A DNA stretch of 57,818 bases, the filler included, from Basidiobolus ranarum (lineage: Eukaryota), in NCBI GenBank assembly GCA_040143965.1. It is 4 parts of 4 records of this genome, joined end to end, with 100 filler letters (N's around TTAATTAATTAA, not from the genome) between each part and the next. Parts side by side here need not be neighbours in the genome. Positions count along the whole stretch, not along the records: positions 29,003 to 43,370 come from JASJQH010007303.1; positions 43,471 to 57,818 come from JASJQH010007304.1; 2 more parts are not named here. One strand, written 5' to 3'. Position 1 is the stretch's first letter, and each line of letters opens with the position of its first letter. Shown one piece after another: positions 39,139 through 51,398 of this stretch. The notes beneath the pieces are model-generated. The model ran no database searches and had not been told where the DNA came from. It saw nothing but the letters and a program-made list of their open reading frames with translations. Position numbers and translations under genes: made by a program.

Positions 39139-39793
39139 CTAAATGGCTTCCAGAGTCATGTGTTTGGCGATATCGGTACGCTCGACGAATACACGAAACT
39201 CTTCGAAGTCTATTCTGCCATCCCCATCTTTATCGGCTTCCATCAAAGTCTTATCGACAATTTGTTGTAGCTCAGTATCCTTGAGATTACTTCCTACCAT
39301 CATTTTAAGCACGAGAAATAATTCTCCGTTAGAGATGAAGCCATCACGATCAATATCGTAAACTTTAAATGCAACTGAAAATGCACTGTTTAGTAAAGAA
39401 AAGGCATTTCAAATGGGAATATCAAATAACTACTCACACTTGAGCTTCTCATGCTTATTTCCTTTCGAACTGAACACACTTAATCCATGAATGAACTCTT
39501 CGAAATCTACATCTCCACCACCATCTTCGTCAAAAATAGCTATCATTCGAGCAGCCAAAGGGTTGCTTGAAATTTGAGAGATAGCCAAGAATTCATCTTT
39601 GTCGATAGTTCCACTACCATCCGTATCGAGTTTCAAGAAACGCTTATAAAGCTTTTGAATCTCATCTTCGGTGACTACGACAAATGAAAGAGGTACATGT
39701 TATTATTCAGAATAGAAATAGAGTAGGGAAAGGAAACTTACAATTGGAGGAATTCACCATATCGTGGAGTTGAGCGGAAGGGTGGTTTCCCAT
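39139..39793 (-). CDS. CNB1: Calcineurin regulatory subunit B
   Basis: Exons 39793-39742, 39674-39438, 39374-39139. MG myristoylation start; four EF-hands including '[12 protein letters not shown]', '[12 protein letters not shown]' and '[12 protein letters not shown]'. Confidence 0.97.
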
Positions 39794-41183
39794 GTTGCTC
39801 GGTTCAATCGCTGTGATAATGAATAATGCTACTAGATAGCAAGCAAGGAAGTCTAAGGTGACGGATATCAATTGACTGAATCTTACCCTTGGCAGTACCC
39901 CGGCAAAAAGATTGGGGCTTACCCCTCATGAATATAATGCCGAAAGGTCCAACCGACTTACATGGACAGTGATTTAAGCTTATTGCAAATCGCATCTTGA
40001 AAGGCCAGCGAGTGAGAGCTGACTGTCTCTCCATCATTAATATTTCCTTTTACAATGATTTGAACCATGAGCACAAATAACCTATTATGAGTATTCTACA
40101 GCAATAGTTAGCGATTATGAATAGGGAGTTTTTTGAGTGCACATTCAGGCTTTGTGTTGGGTTTGTTAGTAAGCTAGAAGGCCATACGGTCCTACTCTTT
40201 GAAATTATTTCATTGATTTGTGTTGCCATGTAATCAACATCGGTCTTAGTTCTTTAATGTGACTCGAACATTGGCGCTTCCTACTGCATGTTCACTTCCA
40301 TATGGATAATATTGTCCCCGGGATAAATGTAGGACATACGATTCCTGCTACTACCAAAGTTAGAATTGGGCATATGACTAATAGTTGGCTCAGCTGCTTC
40401 GTCATTATCAGCATACGTTACCCTTCGTGCTAATCTAAGTCACAGGATGGTGCTCTTCTGCGCTCTATGAGGCTTAATCAGATAAATTACTGGTTTAGGA
40501 GCAGTAAAGTCCGGGATTTCAAGTCGATATATCGTTGATTGCAGCTATCTGCTCAAAATTTAGGATAGAATATTCAGGAATAACTTGGTCTAAATCTATT
40601 TTCGTCGTCACTCGAACGATTTCGAAACATCTCAAGCCAAAATTAAAATAATAGACGGTGCCATTGAAGTTGGAGGTTGTGTCATGTGGCAGAGCTAACC
40701 ACTAGAGTTGTGGCCATATATTATATGCTAAACGACATCAAACAGCTGCGTTACATCAATACTCATTGTTACTGCTTGAACTTATTATTCTGGTTTCGAA
40801 TAATCCTGAAATACCTCTTGTCCCAATAGCGGAGAGCATAATGTTTCACATGATATCTAGATTTTGAGGTGTTTCTTTAGGGCATTAAAAACCAAGATAT
40901 TGCTGCTATATTCGTAGGAATAACCTGAAATATACATCTTATAAATACAAGCATAGTCCATATTTTGGAATTACTTGAGAGATCAATCCTCTCCTATATA
41001 GCTGTAGATCATCGAGAAATGTACCGCAGCTCCACACCCTTCATACAAACAAACATAGCTCTGTAACAAACAAAAGTCTCTTGTACTTATGTTAATCTTT
41101 TCCAGTGGCACCTAGACACATCCATATGGGGCTGCTCACTGTAAGATTATATATTTATGTCACGTATAGTACTATGTATACCA

Positions 41184-41508
41184 TGTTGAAATGAGCATAG
41201 CCTAAAAACCTATATAGTCTTATATAGCTTTGCATTTAGTTATTCCAAATTGTACTAAGATATCGCCTCCAGAGGAGTTTACGTAGAATATTGACACCAA
41301 CTTAGAAGTTCTTGGATATGTAGATTTTTGAAACTTATGCTAGAAGCCCCAAACTTTGCACACATGCTCTTGGGACCTTAACACATTCTATACACTTGTT
41401 TGTGCACATCTTGAAAAACTATAAACGTCAACTTTCAACTCAATAAATCTATATGTGAAATCCATCAATTCTTGTAGTTCTCCAAACTACTCTCAAAACA
41501 CCTTAACA
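41184..41508 (+). mobile_element. Solo LTR, copia family A
   Basis: Runs TGTTGAAAT...TTAACA with TSD TACCA/TACTA. Confidence 0.85.
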
Positions 41509-41773
41509 TACTATACATTGCTTAGAGCGTAGGCTTGCAATTCGTGCTTGGTGTGAGCACCTCAATACTTTTTTATATGGCTTTACCAAGTACAAATTAT
41601 ATTCAATTAGTCTAGTATACTTGGCTTATAGATATCCAAGAGCTAGTTTTGTTATTATCTTTATCTTACTTGTTTTACCATTCTTGGTCCATCAAACACT
41701 TTCACATAGTAGATATAAGTAGGTGAATGTTAAATAGTTAAACATCACTTGACTAAAAGTTGAAATTTTTATT

Positions 41774-41995
41774 TGTTACAGTATTTGGGAGCCTGTTGGA
41801 AGTGGTTTGGAGAATTAGAGGAATTGGTGGTTTTCACTTGTTGATTTATTGAGTAAAAAGTTGGCATATATAATTTTGGGAAGATGGATGAATTCCTCAT
41901 GAGAATCATGGGTAATATCTTGGTGAAATATAGAATAAACTATATACTAAGCAATATACAACTATATAGGTGTCTAGGCAATGCTAATTTCAACA
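41774..41995 (-). mobile_element. Internally deleted family A LTR
   Basis: Both LTR termini are present, with ~120 bp missing from the centre. Confidence 0.75.
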
Positions 41996-42410
41996 GTGTC
42001 TAGGCTATGTATGGATTTTCCTATAACTACTAATTCTGAACTCAAAGTTTGAGAGTCATCTAATATCTGTTAAAGTATTAGGGAGCCTGTTGGAAGTGGT
42101 TTGGAGAAATAGAGAAATTGGTGGCTTTCATATATTAATTTGTTGAATAGAAAGTTGACCTCTATAGTTTTGTCAAGATGTAAGCAAACTAACAGGTAGA
42201 ATGTGTTAAGGAAGGTCCCAGGAACATGTGTGCAAAGCTTGGGGCTTCTAGTACAAGTTTGAAAAATCTATATCTCTGAGAACCTACAAGTTAGTAAAAT
42301 ATTCCAAGTGGATTCCAATTAAGAATAATGGGAAATATCTTGGTAAGATATAAGATAACTAAACACTAACTAATATATGACTATTTAGGTGCTTAGGCAA
42401 TGCTAATTTC

Positions 42411-42692
42411 TATTGAAATTATTTAGGGAGAAATAATGGTCTGGCCAGGATTTGAACCTGGGACCTCCTTCACCCTAGCTAGGTGCTCCAACCACTGAGC
42501 TACCAGTCCTTGTATGCTATGCCTATACTGCTAGGGAGCCTTAATCTAGTCTGTCAATGTATGGTACTTTGGCATATCAGCTATACAAGCAACTGATTGG
42601 CCTTAGACTTTGTGTTCAGATGCAGTTGCCATACTCCATATTTTCCTCTTTGGATATTACTGCTTGTACCACCAGTCACCAGACTTTCAACA
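42411..42692 (-). mobile_element. Solo LTR containing a tRNA-derived sequence (TRIM/Helenus-like)
   Basis: Ends TATTGAAA...TTTCAACA, perfect TSD ATTTC (42406-42410 and 42693-42697), internal tRNA-like 73-mer. Confidence 0.8.
42437..42509 (-). tRNA. tRNA-like pseudogene, Pro(AGG)-like, carried inside an LTR
   Basis: Minus strand reads GGACTGGTAGCTCAGTGGTTGGAGCACCTAGCTAGGGTGAAGGAGGTCCCAGGTTCAAATCCTGGCCAGACCA. A box, B box, D stem and T stem are intact; acceptor stem pairs 6/7 and anticodon stem only 3/5. Confidence 0.75.
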
Positions 42693-42958
42693 ATTTCAAT
42701 ACTCTCCCTCAACTAAATAGTCATATAAACTAATCCTAAGGAAGGTCTAAATTTCCAAAATTTCTCTCTAGCTAATGGTTTGCTTAATATATCAGCTATT
42801 ATGTCTTCTTTAGAACAATAAGTAAGTCAATAAACATATTCTCTATAGTCTCTCTAATAAAGTGATGTCTAATATCTATATGTTTGCTTCTATTATGAAA
42901 TGTGGAATTTTTAGCTAATATGATACAACTTTGATTATCTTGAAAGTGCTATGGTAGG

Positions 42959-43370
42959 CCCTAACAAAAATAAAATCAATTGGATCCGGATTAGATCCAC
43001 CATTGTGGATCTCAAAACCATGAGAGAACCATCACAATACTGGTGGCTTGCATTCTGCCAAATATTCTGATGGTGTAACAGCAGCTTCTTGATGGTGTCT
43101 TGACAATATTCATACATGTAAAAATATTGATCCACATACTTGGCATGAGTTATTTAATTTCCATCAATTTAGCAAAAATATAATTTTCAAATGGCAAATT
43201 ACTGGGTTTACTGCTATAGAAATTTAAATTAACATGCATGCCTTTATTTAGATATTTTTGGCTTTGTATTCCAGCCATAATGAGAATCAAAAAATACAAG
43301 AATCTTGTTGTGTTTAGTCTCTACATATGCACATACTTGACTGATTAGACATAACTCAACAACATCAATA
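42959..43370 (+). mobile_element. Left end of a second CACTA/EnSpm copy
   Basis: CCCTAACAAAAATAA terminus plus ~400 bp collinear with 20676-21090. Confidence 0.8.
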
Positions 43371-43470
43371 NNNNNNNNNNNNNNNNNNNNNNNNNNNNNN
43401 NNNNNNNNNNNNNNTTAATTAATTAANNNNNNNNNNNNNNNNNNNNNNNNNNNNNNNNNNNNNNNNNNNN
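43371..43470. other. Assembly gap with TTAATTAATTAA linker
   Basis: 100-base N run. Confidence 0.98.
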
Positions 43471-44117
43471 CTCCATGCCTTTGTAGTTATAGCTCTTGAA
43501 CATTGAATTAGCAATTTGTCTTTAACATTAAGACAAATTGTGTTAAAAGCACTTTGTTCTTTTTTAACCCAGAGTAAAACTTTGATTTTGAAGTGTTTTG
43601 CATTGTTCTCTTCTCCTACAACAGTGTCCCAAAGTCCTTTTTCTTGCAGCAGCATTTTCATTTTAATTTTCAAAACTTGATAATTGGTTTTATCCAATTG
43701 TTCAGAAAAGGGAAAAATTCCATAAATTTGAGAAGTAGATATCACAGAGAGTGCAAGCTTGGGACTCATAACCTGTTAAAGTATTTGGGAGCCTGTTGGA
43801 AGTGGTTTGGAGAATTAGAGAAATTGGTGGTTTTCACTTACTGATTTATTGAGTTGAAAGTTTACAATTATACTTTTGTCAAGATGCAAATAAATAAGTA
43901 GAATGTGTTAAGGAAGATCCTAGGAACATGTGTGCAAGGTTTAGAGCTTCTAGCACCAGTTTGAAAAATCTACATATCTGAGAACTTTTAAGTTGGTAAA
44001 AATATTCCAAGTAAATTCCACTTGAGAATAGTGGGTGATTTCTTAGTGCAATATGGAATAACTAAATACTAAGCTATATATGACTATATAGATGTTTAGG
44101 CAATACTAATTTCAACC
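43471..44117 (-). mobile_element. Copia family A 5' end: 5' LTR, PBS and gag start
   Basis: LTR 43774-44117, PBS GGTTATGAGTCCC (43773-43761), gag 'QLDKTNYQVLKIKMKMLLQEKGLWDTVVG'. Confidence 0.9.
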
Positions 44118-44496
44118 AATAATGTGTTCAATCAATACCTCATATTTCTGGATCTCTATCAGAAAAAACTGGCATCTTGAAACAAATGTATGATTTTTAT
44201 AGATCAATATCAAATATTTAACTTAGGTTATTTCAATCCTCCTGCTATAAAGTCATCTTATTTCATGAACATTGCTAACCGATTGCTGTTCCAAATATAA
44301 GGATATCCTTTTTATACTTGGCATTAGTGTTATAAAGTCAAGCAGTTAATGCTAGCCTAAGAAATATAACCAAGTTAATCAGATTTACTCGGTATTTACT
44401 TTATATTTCCAATAATAAATATTAATAATTTTGTATTGGTTCATTGAGTACAAAGTCATCAAAGACATCAAAGACATAACACGTATAAATGAGAAC

Positions 44497-47400
44497 CTAT
44501 ACATTCTTTCTGCCCTTTTTCTTGGTAACTACTTGGAATGAATTAGCAATTGGTTGAGCACTAGGGGTACTTTCAAGAACAGCAGGAGATATTAATCCAG
44601 CATCCACTTTACGACGCTTAACATACTCGGCAGCAAATCTTCTACCATCCATAGAGGAAGAATAGGCGTATACCGATTCTGAGATGATATCCATGGTGGC
44701 AGGTGGAGGATCCAATGGAAAAGTGAGCAACATTTGAATAAGATCGTCAGTGTTGATTCCGTTGAGACCCTTTAATGCATTACGACACCAATTCAAAAAT
44801 TCAGGACTAGGTGATTTTGGAGTTTGAGTATTCGTGGCAGATCTCTTGCTTCCATTAGAGTACTCCGAAGGCTTCGGTGAGATTTGACTACTAGGTCTAC
44901 TTGGATATATTAGATATCGTGAAGATTTTAAACGTGTATATATAACACCCATACCTTCCAACAGAATTGACTGCAGAGTCTACCACTTTGGAGTCACTAG
45001 AAGCTGGTTTCGTTGCAGTCGATTTTCCTCCAAGAATTGTGGTCCAGCCAGTTATAGGGGCGGGCTTGAAAATTGGTTAGTCTTGAAGCAAAAGGTCATT
45101 CTATAATATATATATATATACTCACTTTAGGAGTGCTAGAGGCTGCAACTGTATCCGCATAGCGCTTGACAGCATTGTTTCCACGGGTTTGATTTTCTTG
45201 AAGTTTTAAACGAAGCTTAGAAGCCTCTTCTTCCTCTTTCTGAATCTCCAAGATGCTCTTCTTGGGCGCGTTGGTACTTTGCCAGGCTGCTGCAGCTGCC
45301 GCTCTTTCAACCTCTTGATTGTGTAACTCTTGAGCTTCAAGGATAGCTAAATCATCAGCAGATGGGGTTTGTTTCTCGGCCTTGAGTGATTCCGCTAGTT
45401 TAGACTCCACTTCTTGTATCTCACGAAACGAGGTACGAGGCGAGGAATGAGCAGAACTTTCTTCATCAGATACCTTAGCCCATGGAGCCAATGGAGCGAA
45501 ATTAATCGATGGCGATCCACTAGCACTACCGGCTCTACTCCAAGCGTTTGGAGTAGAGGTAGCAGAGATTATGGGCTTCTGAGGCTCCTCGGGTATTTCA
45601 TTTGCTTTATCCAAAGGCTTTTCGGTTGGTTCGGGTTGATCTTTTGGCTGAGAAACCCCAGTCAAAGTAGCCGGCCCATTAGCAATAAGCTCACCTTCAA
45701 CCAAATTATCTTTCTGGAAATTCTTAGTATGAGTGACCTCTGGGAAATCATCATCATCCAATCTTAGTTGAGCTAAGGCAGAGACATTCGAGTCAGTTAA
45801 TTCACTTCTTGATTGATCAGGAAAGCCAGGATTTCCAGAATTCATTGGATTATCAGTATGTAAATTATCAAACTCGGTGGCTTAAAGAAGAAGATTGGTA
45901 AATTTTTTGCATACTATATGTATCGGGATGTATCAAAATGTATCTTACCAAGAGAAATTCCAGAGGTAACTGCACCTAAGCCACTCCAACCACCGCCAGG
46001 AGAACTTAAGGGTTTGGTTTGGGCCCAAGGGTCTCTTTGATTACTGATTGAGAGTTGGGGAAAAGGTGAAGGCTCTTTGAACATATCCATTCCATTAGTA
46101 ACACCCCAGTTGTTTCCAGTTGGGCTCATAGCAACCCCACGATTAGCCAACATAGGCTCAAGGTTAGGCTGAGCGGACATTTGAGGCATAAGGTTACCCA
46201 TCAAATCATTCTGATACCCTGAAGAATGAGGTTGTTGAGGTGGATGTTGCTGAAATTGAAGAAACTGTTGCATTTGCATTTTTTGACGCTGCTGTATTGC
46301 TTGCAAATAGTGGTGGCGTTCGAAAGCAGCACGTGGGTCATCTGGTCCGAAACCAGCTCCATTCATGCCAACGTTTTCACCGAAAAATTGAGTATTTCCA
46401 CTAGGAGAAAGTCCATTCAATGGTGGACTAAACAAATTATTGCCCCAAGGACTTGCTCCGCCCATTTTTGAATCAAGGTTAATATCTAGGCGTCTACTTT
46501 GACTTTCCAAATGTCTTCGGAAGCCCATCGCATTTTGTTCAAAACCTGAGGTAAGCGGGGCACCAAAGGGATCAAAACCTCCCCTACCAGATCCAATATT
46601 GTTAGGATTATATTTGTCGGCAACAGGAGACGAGGGAAGACTTAAAAAGTTTCGATTGAACTGAGATCTAATCTGCTGATGAGGTAAGTGTAGAGGCCGC
46701 TGGGTTAAGAATGGCTTCTCCTCATCACCGATCTGGCGAACCATTAAGCCCAATGGCTCAAAAGCGGGATCTCCCTCTCGTTTCACGAGTAGAGAAGGAG
46801 GGAAGAAACCGGCGGAATACCACTCCTGCATCTCTTCACTTGAAAAGGGACCTATAATAAAGCATAGGAGCAGTGGTTAGTTGTAGTATTGATAGTATCA
46901 GTGTTTTACATTTCTTACCTTGTACATTCCCAGCAGGGTCTTTGTACAACCACCTAGATATTGGAGGCATGTACCCTCCTAGATCTTCCTTTTTAAATCC
47001 AGGATGGTTAGGAGGACCTTCTGGCCTCAAATTAGGGTTTGTTGATATTGTCAACTTTTCATTTGAAGGCATAGAGCCTTTAGCTAAATCGTTGTTAACA
47101 TAAGGTATGTTGTCTATTTGGCTAGGATCCAACCGGTTATCGACACTTGGGGCGGAATCCAGGAAGCTCTGTTTCGCGGAGTGCTTGTCAATAGGTTTAG
47201 TGCTAGAAAAGTTACTTGGTGGTTGTTCACGATGTGACTCCACATTGAATTCCTTCATAAAAGCAAAGTAAGCGATCGACATAAGAACCGCAACAAATAG
47301 GTTAGAAATATTACTTGAGGTTTGGTCGATTCTGGTCCTTCTAAAGATTCGGGAGTGTGACAAGGCTTCTCAACTGGCTCCAACGATTCATGCAAGTCAA

Positions 47401-48443
47401 TACCGGTGCTATTGTCAAATCTAAAAACACCATCGTTATCAAATGTTCCCACTACACGTTTAGTGATCCCTGTCCATAGAGCAGAGTCATCATGAGCCAG
47501 CCCACCATCCCTTGGTGTATTTCTTCCGAAGCGTGATAGGTCTGTCACATAGCGGATGATGTGAGCTTGGGAATGGTCTATCACGGTAAAAATGCAACTA
47601 ACCTTGCTCCAACTTCTGCTCAACTTCGGATTGAAACTCTTTTGGATTTTGAGTGTATCCTAATGCACGGGGTTAGATATTCCATTTATAATCCCTCATT
47701 AAGCTTAATATTATTAGAAATCATTAATACCTCCACGACTCCTTGGTGGTGTAGCAAGACCGCTTCTACTTGGATTCCGTTCGTTTCTAATAAACGTCGC
47801 TGTATTTGTTGAAGCTTGAACTATTCTTCTTGTCAGATCACTGTTTACTGAGCCAGAGAGGAGCTTATTACGAGACGTATTCAAAAAAAGAAATCAATGT
47901 CATTTTGATATTTTGGGGGACCATTAAGCGTAATATCTTAATCCCTACCTTCTTTTCACTTTCGTCTAAAGGAATATTAGCCATTGGTTGTAGACTCTCT
48001 TCACTCGTGACGTACTCATGTCTTTCAAAATCAAGTGGCATAGCTACATGTTTATACAAAGACAACATCAACTCTTTGGAGTATTTGAAAGGATTGAGCT
48101 GATCATCAAGATTAGACTCGGAAGGATACGCTTTAAAAGAATCTTCCGAGCTATCCTGGTTGAGAGTATTACGTCTAGAAGTGTTGGTTGCGGCAATGGT
48201 AGAGTAAGTGAAGCTTCCTTGATTTCCATTGACTCCTGGTGAAGTCAGGGGAGATGTAGGAAGGCTAGAGTTAGTATAACTCACTCGAGAAGACAAATCC
48301 AAAGTTCCAGGAGTAGTAGGTTTAGATAATCGTCTCATCCTAAAGAAATATGATGAGAATCAATTTTTTTATACTAATACAGTTGAAAATGGAAGCTCTT
48401 TCAAATACCATTCAGGGCCGAAGTTCATAGTATTGCTGGTCAT
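44497..48443 (-). CDS. GYF-domain protein, GIGYF/Smy2-like
   Basis: Multi-exon; internal junctions not all resolved. N-terminus 'MNFGPEW', 'FKYSKELMLSLY', GYF domain '[28 protein letters not shown]', and C-terminal 'EFLNWC', 'DGRRFAAEYVKRR' and 'FQVVTKKK'. Confidence 0.9.
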
Positions 48444-49434
48444 ATTTTATAAGTTCTATCGAGATTACTGGTATAAATCAAAATAAATATCATTAACTTC
48501 CATCCTCTTTCATTGCACTTTCCAACCGAATAAAGTATCTTTTTTACCGAGACTAAACGTGCGGAATGAAAATACCTGAAATATGGTTTGTTTCGATTAT
48601 CACTAAGACGCAAAGAAGCAGTCAGAGGCTATGTTCACTCGAAATCTCGAAAATTAAATAATTTTGGTCCCTAATTGTTGATCAGAGGCCAAATTTTTTT
48701 GCATTATACAAGAGTGAAGTGGATTTTTTTTCGATCACATGACTTGAGGTTTGTATCTAACAGCTCAGTATTTACAAAACCGTAACCGACGCTATTCTTC
48801 AGTTGATTGGCTGAGTGTTGATTTTGTGCACTTTCGCATCCACAATTATTTAGGATGAGTAATGAACGAGGTAGCACAAGATGCAGCCTCTATCGAAATT
48901 GCGCTTGGTGATAACTTACTTTAAAGCGGCCCATATATTACAAATGTTCAGCCTCACAAGTACACTTCCGCCTGCACTAGAACACATGGAATATGAATGT
49001 ATAAGAGTTTTTACTGGTTTCCCCACAAACTCAAAGAATATTGCTTACTCATACACATCCCTTCATTTAAACTCCATCTGATATGAAAATAGATAATCAC
49101 TCAATTTATTCTATGCTTAGCAACTGGCATAATCGGCTTACAGTTTACACATGTGATTTGTTTAGTTATCATTTGGGTGAATGGTGAGTATCCATCTTTT
49201 GTATTTTTTAGTAGATCATCGTGCAATGAAGTGATACATTCCGCGATGTTTCCAGCATAGTTTAAGGTAATAGCACACCAAGAAACAGTCACATCACAAC
49301 ATTGCACGTGTCATTTCGGTTTATAACTTATCATATTCTAAATCCAGTTCTAGTTCCAGTTCTTATTTACAGCGCTCACTCGATATAATTCCCACTAATT
49401 CGAGTCAACAGGAGGTCGTTTTTTATGTAGACTC

Positions 49435-50583
49435 CTATAATTCACTCAACCAGATGGAAGAAGAGTTTTCTTCGCCGATTTCCCGCGTTATTGAGAAAAT
49501 CTTCTTGTTCATATTATGAAACATCAAGCCAAATTTCCTCAATGGTTTAGGAATCTCTTGGGGTTCTTGCTTATCACTTGGCTCGTCTCTTTCCTTACCA
49601 ATGGAGTGATTTTTATCCTTTAGTGGTTCTTGAGGCTCTTGCTTTCCCGTTGGTTTGCCATTAGCAACGGGCTTAGGCTTCTCTAATGACACGGGGAGTT
49701 TTAGAGGTACCTGTTTGTCCAACGGTTCACTTTGATTTTTACCGATGGGATCAGGTTTCTCTTCCATTGGCTCGGGAGACTCTTGAGGTTCTTGGTTATC
49801 AATCGGCTCACCACTATTGTTATCCTGGTCTGCAGAGTCCCCTGTATTTGATGGCTCGGGAGATTCCTGAGGTACCGGGTTATCAATCGGCTGACTAGTA
49901 TCCTTATCTAGAGAGGCTGTCTTTCTCGATGATTTACGAGACTTTTGACGTTCTTGCTTATCACTCGATTCATCACTGCCCCTATTCATGGAGTCAGACT
50001 TCTTCGATGATTTACGAGAGTTCTGACGCTCCTGTCGATCACTTGATTCATCGTTATCCTCATTCATGGAGGAAGATTCCTGTGAGGATACACGAGAGCT
50101 CTGGCGTTCCTGTTTATCACTTGACTCATCACTGCCCCTATTCATAGAGGCAGATTTACTTGATGAATTACGAGAGTTCTGACGTTCCTGTCTATCACTC
50201 AATTCATCGTTATCCTTATTCATGGAAGAAGATTCCCTTGAGGATTTAAGAGAATTCTGACGTTCCTGTTTATCACTTGAATCATTACTGCCCCTATTCA
50301 TAGAGGCGAATTTACTCGATGATTTACGAGATTTTTGACGTTCCCGCTTATTGCTCCATCCGTCCTTGTCTTTATTCATGGAGCCTGGTTTCCTTGATGA
50401 TTTACGAGATCTATGACGTCTACCACTGGAAGCAGACTCGTTGGGCCTCATGCCGTTGGTCGGTGAATTATCAGGACGATTTCTCATAGCCGAGGAGACT
50501 TCAAATGGGGCAGCCTCAACAGCGAGCATATAGGAAGAAGATACGATAGCCAGAGATAGGACTGCAAGAGTAGAGGAGCGCAT
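49435..50583 (-). CDS. Secreted Ser/charge-rich tandem-repeat protein, unknown function
   Basis: Signal peptide 'MRSSTLAVLSLAIVSSSYMLAVEA', six 26-aa repeats, a TATA box ~170 bp upstream, and a paralog at 51399-51785. Confidence 0.85.
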   Translation of the reverse strand: MRSSTLAVLSLAIVSSSYMLAVEAAPFEVSSAMRNRPDNSPTNGMRPNESASSGRRHRSRKSSRKPGSMNKDKDGWSNKRERQKSRKSSSKFASMNRGSNDSSDKQERQNSLKSSRESSSMNKDNDELSDRQERQNSRNSSSKSASMNRGSDESSDKQERQSSRVSSQESSSMNEDNDESSDRQERQNSRKSSKKSDSMNRGSDESSDKQERQKSRKSSRKTASLDKDTSQPIDNPVPQESPEPSNTGDSADQDNNSGEPIDNQEPQESPEPMEEKPDPIGKNQSEPLDKQVPLKLPVSLEKPKPVANGKPTGKQEPQEPLKDKNHSIGKERDEPSDKQEPQEIPKPLRKFGLMFHNMNKKIFSITREIGEENSSSIWLSEL

Positions 50584-51398
50584 GATTGATCAGTATGTAG
50601 GTAAGTAAGTTTAAGAGTTGTCAAGTAGAGTGTGAATTAGAGGGCGAGTGAGCAATTGGTAAAGTAAGAGAGGTGGGGGGGGGTTAGATTAAGTTAGTGA
50701 ACTGGTTATCGATGAATACGATAGTGAATTTCAATAGTCCAGAGGAGATGTATTATATACTCGAGGCCCGTACGCAAGAGAGATAAGAGAATGCTGGTCT
50801 TATCGCCAATGACTACACCTTGAATTCTTACATTGACGATCTCTCTGTTTCAAAGTATGCAGAATACCGTCTTTAAAAAACAAGCAGCCGATATTGACTG
50901 CAGATTTATGGCAAAACATAAAGCAGTTTCCCTACTACCTTCAATTTTCGTAAGTAATATTGTACCAAGGATGCATTTCGACAAAAGAAACCATATTCAT
51001 CAGTGAATGACATATTTGTATTATATCGTTAATTTCATCTGCCTTCTTCGATCAATAAACAATTATTAATTTAGCGCCAACTTCTCAGGATATCTGCAGG
51101 TGTATGTTGTCTGTTTGTTTGTCGAAAGCATCGTGCGTACCTTGAAACCATGTGATCATCAAGATGAGAAGTATATTGATGGGAAGACGAACATTGCCTA
51201 TTCCTCAGTCATAACTCACCATCATGGGTCTCGCATATATAACCGAGCCATTCGGCACTATTGAATATCACTATCGTATTCATCGATAACCAGTTCAATA
51301 ATCTAACCCTTCTACTTCTCTTACTTTACCACTTGCTCTCTAATTCACACTTTACTTGATAAACTTTTAACACTTTCCTAACCACCGACTGATCAATC

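Larger units (their letters stand above)
42068..42958 (-). mobile_element. Copia family A 3' LTR (interrupted), PPT and RNase H end
   Basis: LTR 42068-42701 is split by a 282-bp insertion. PPT GAGGGAGAG on the minus strand; 'KHIDIRHHFIRE' remnant. Confidence 0.88.

Noticed and set aside
42437-42509. Functional tRNA-Pro gene
   Set aside because: The anticodon stem is mispaired, the acceptor stem has an A:A mismatch, the terminator is weak, and it lies within a TSD-flanked mobile unit.
49900-50420. Kex2-processed repeat peptide (KEP/RiPP) precursor or CRISPR-like array
   Set aside because: Most units lack KR/RR sites (mainly RK or single R), and the repeats are contiguous, in frame and without unique spacers. 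The KEP idea is kept only as a weak alternative.
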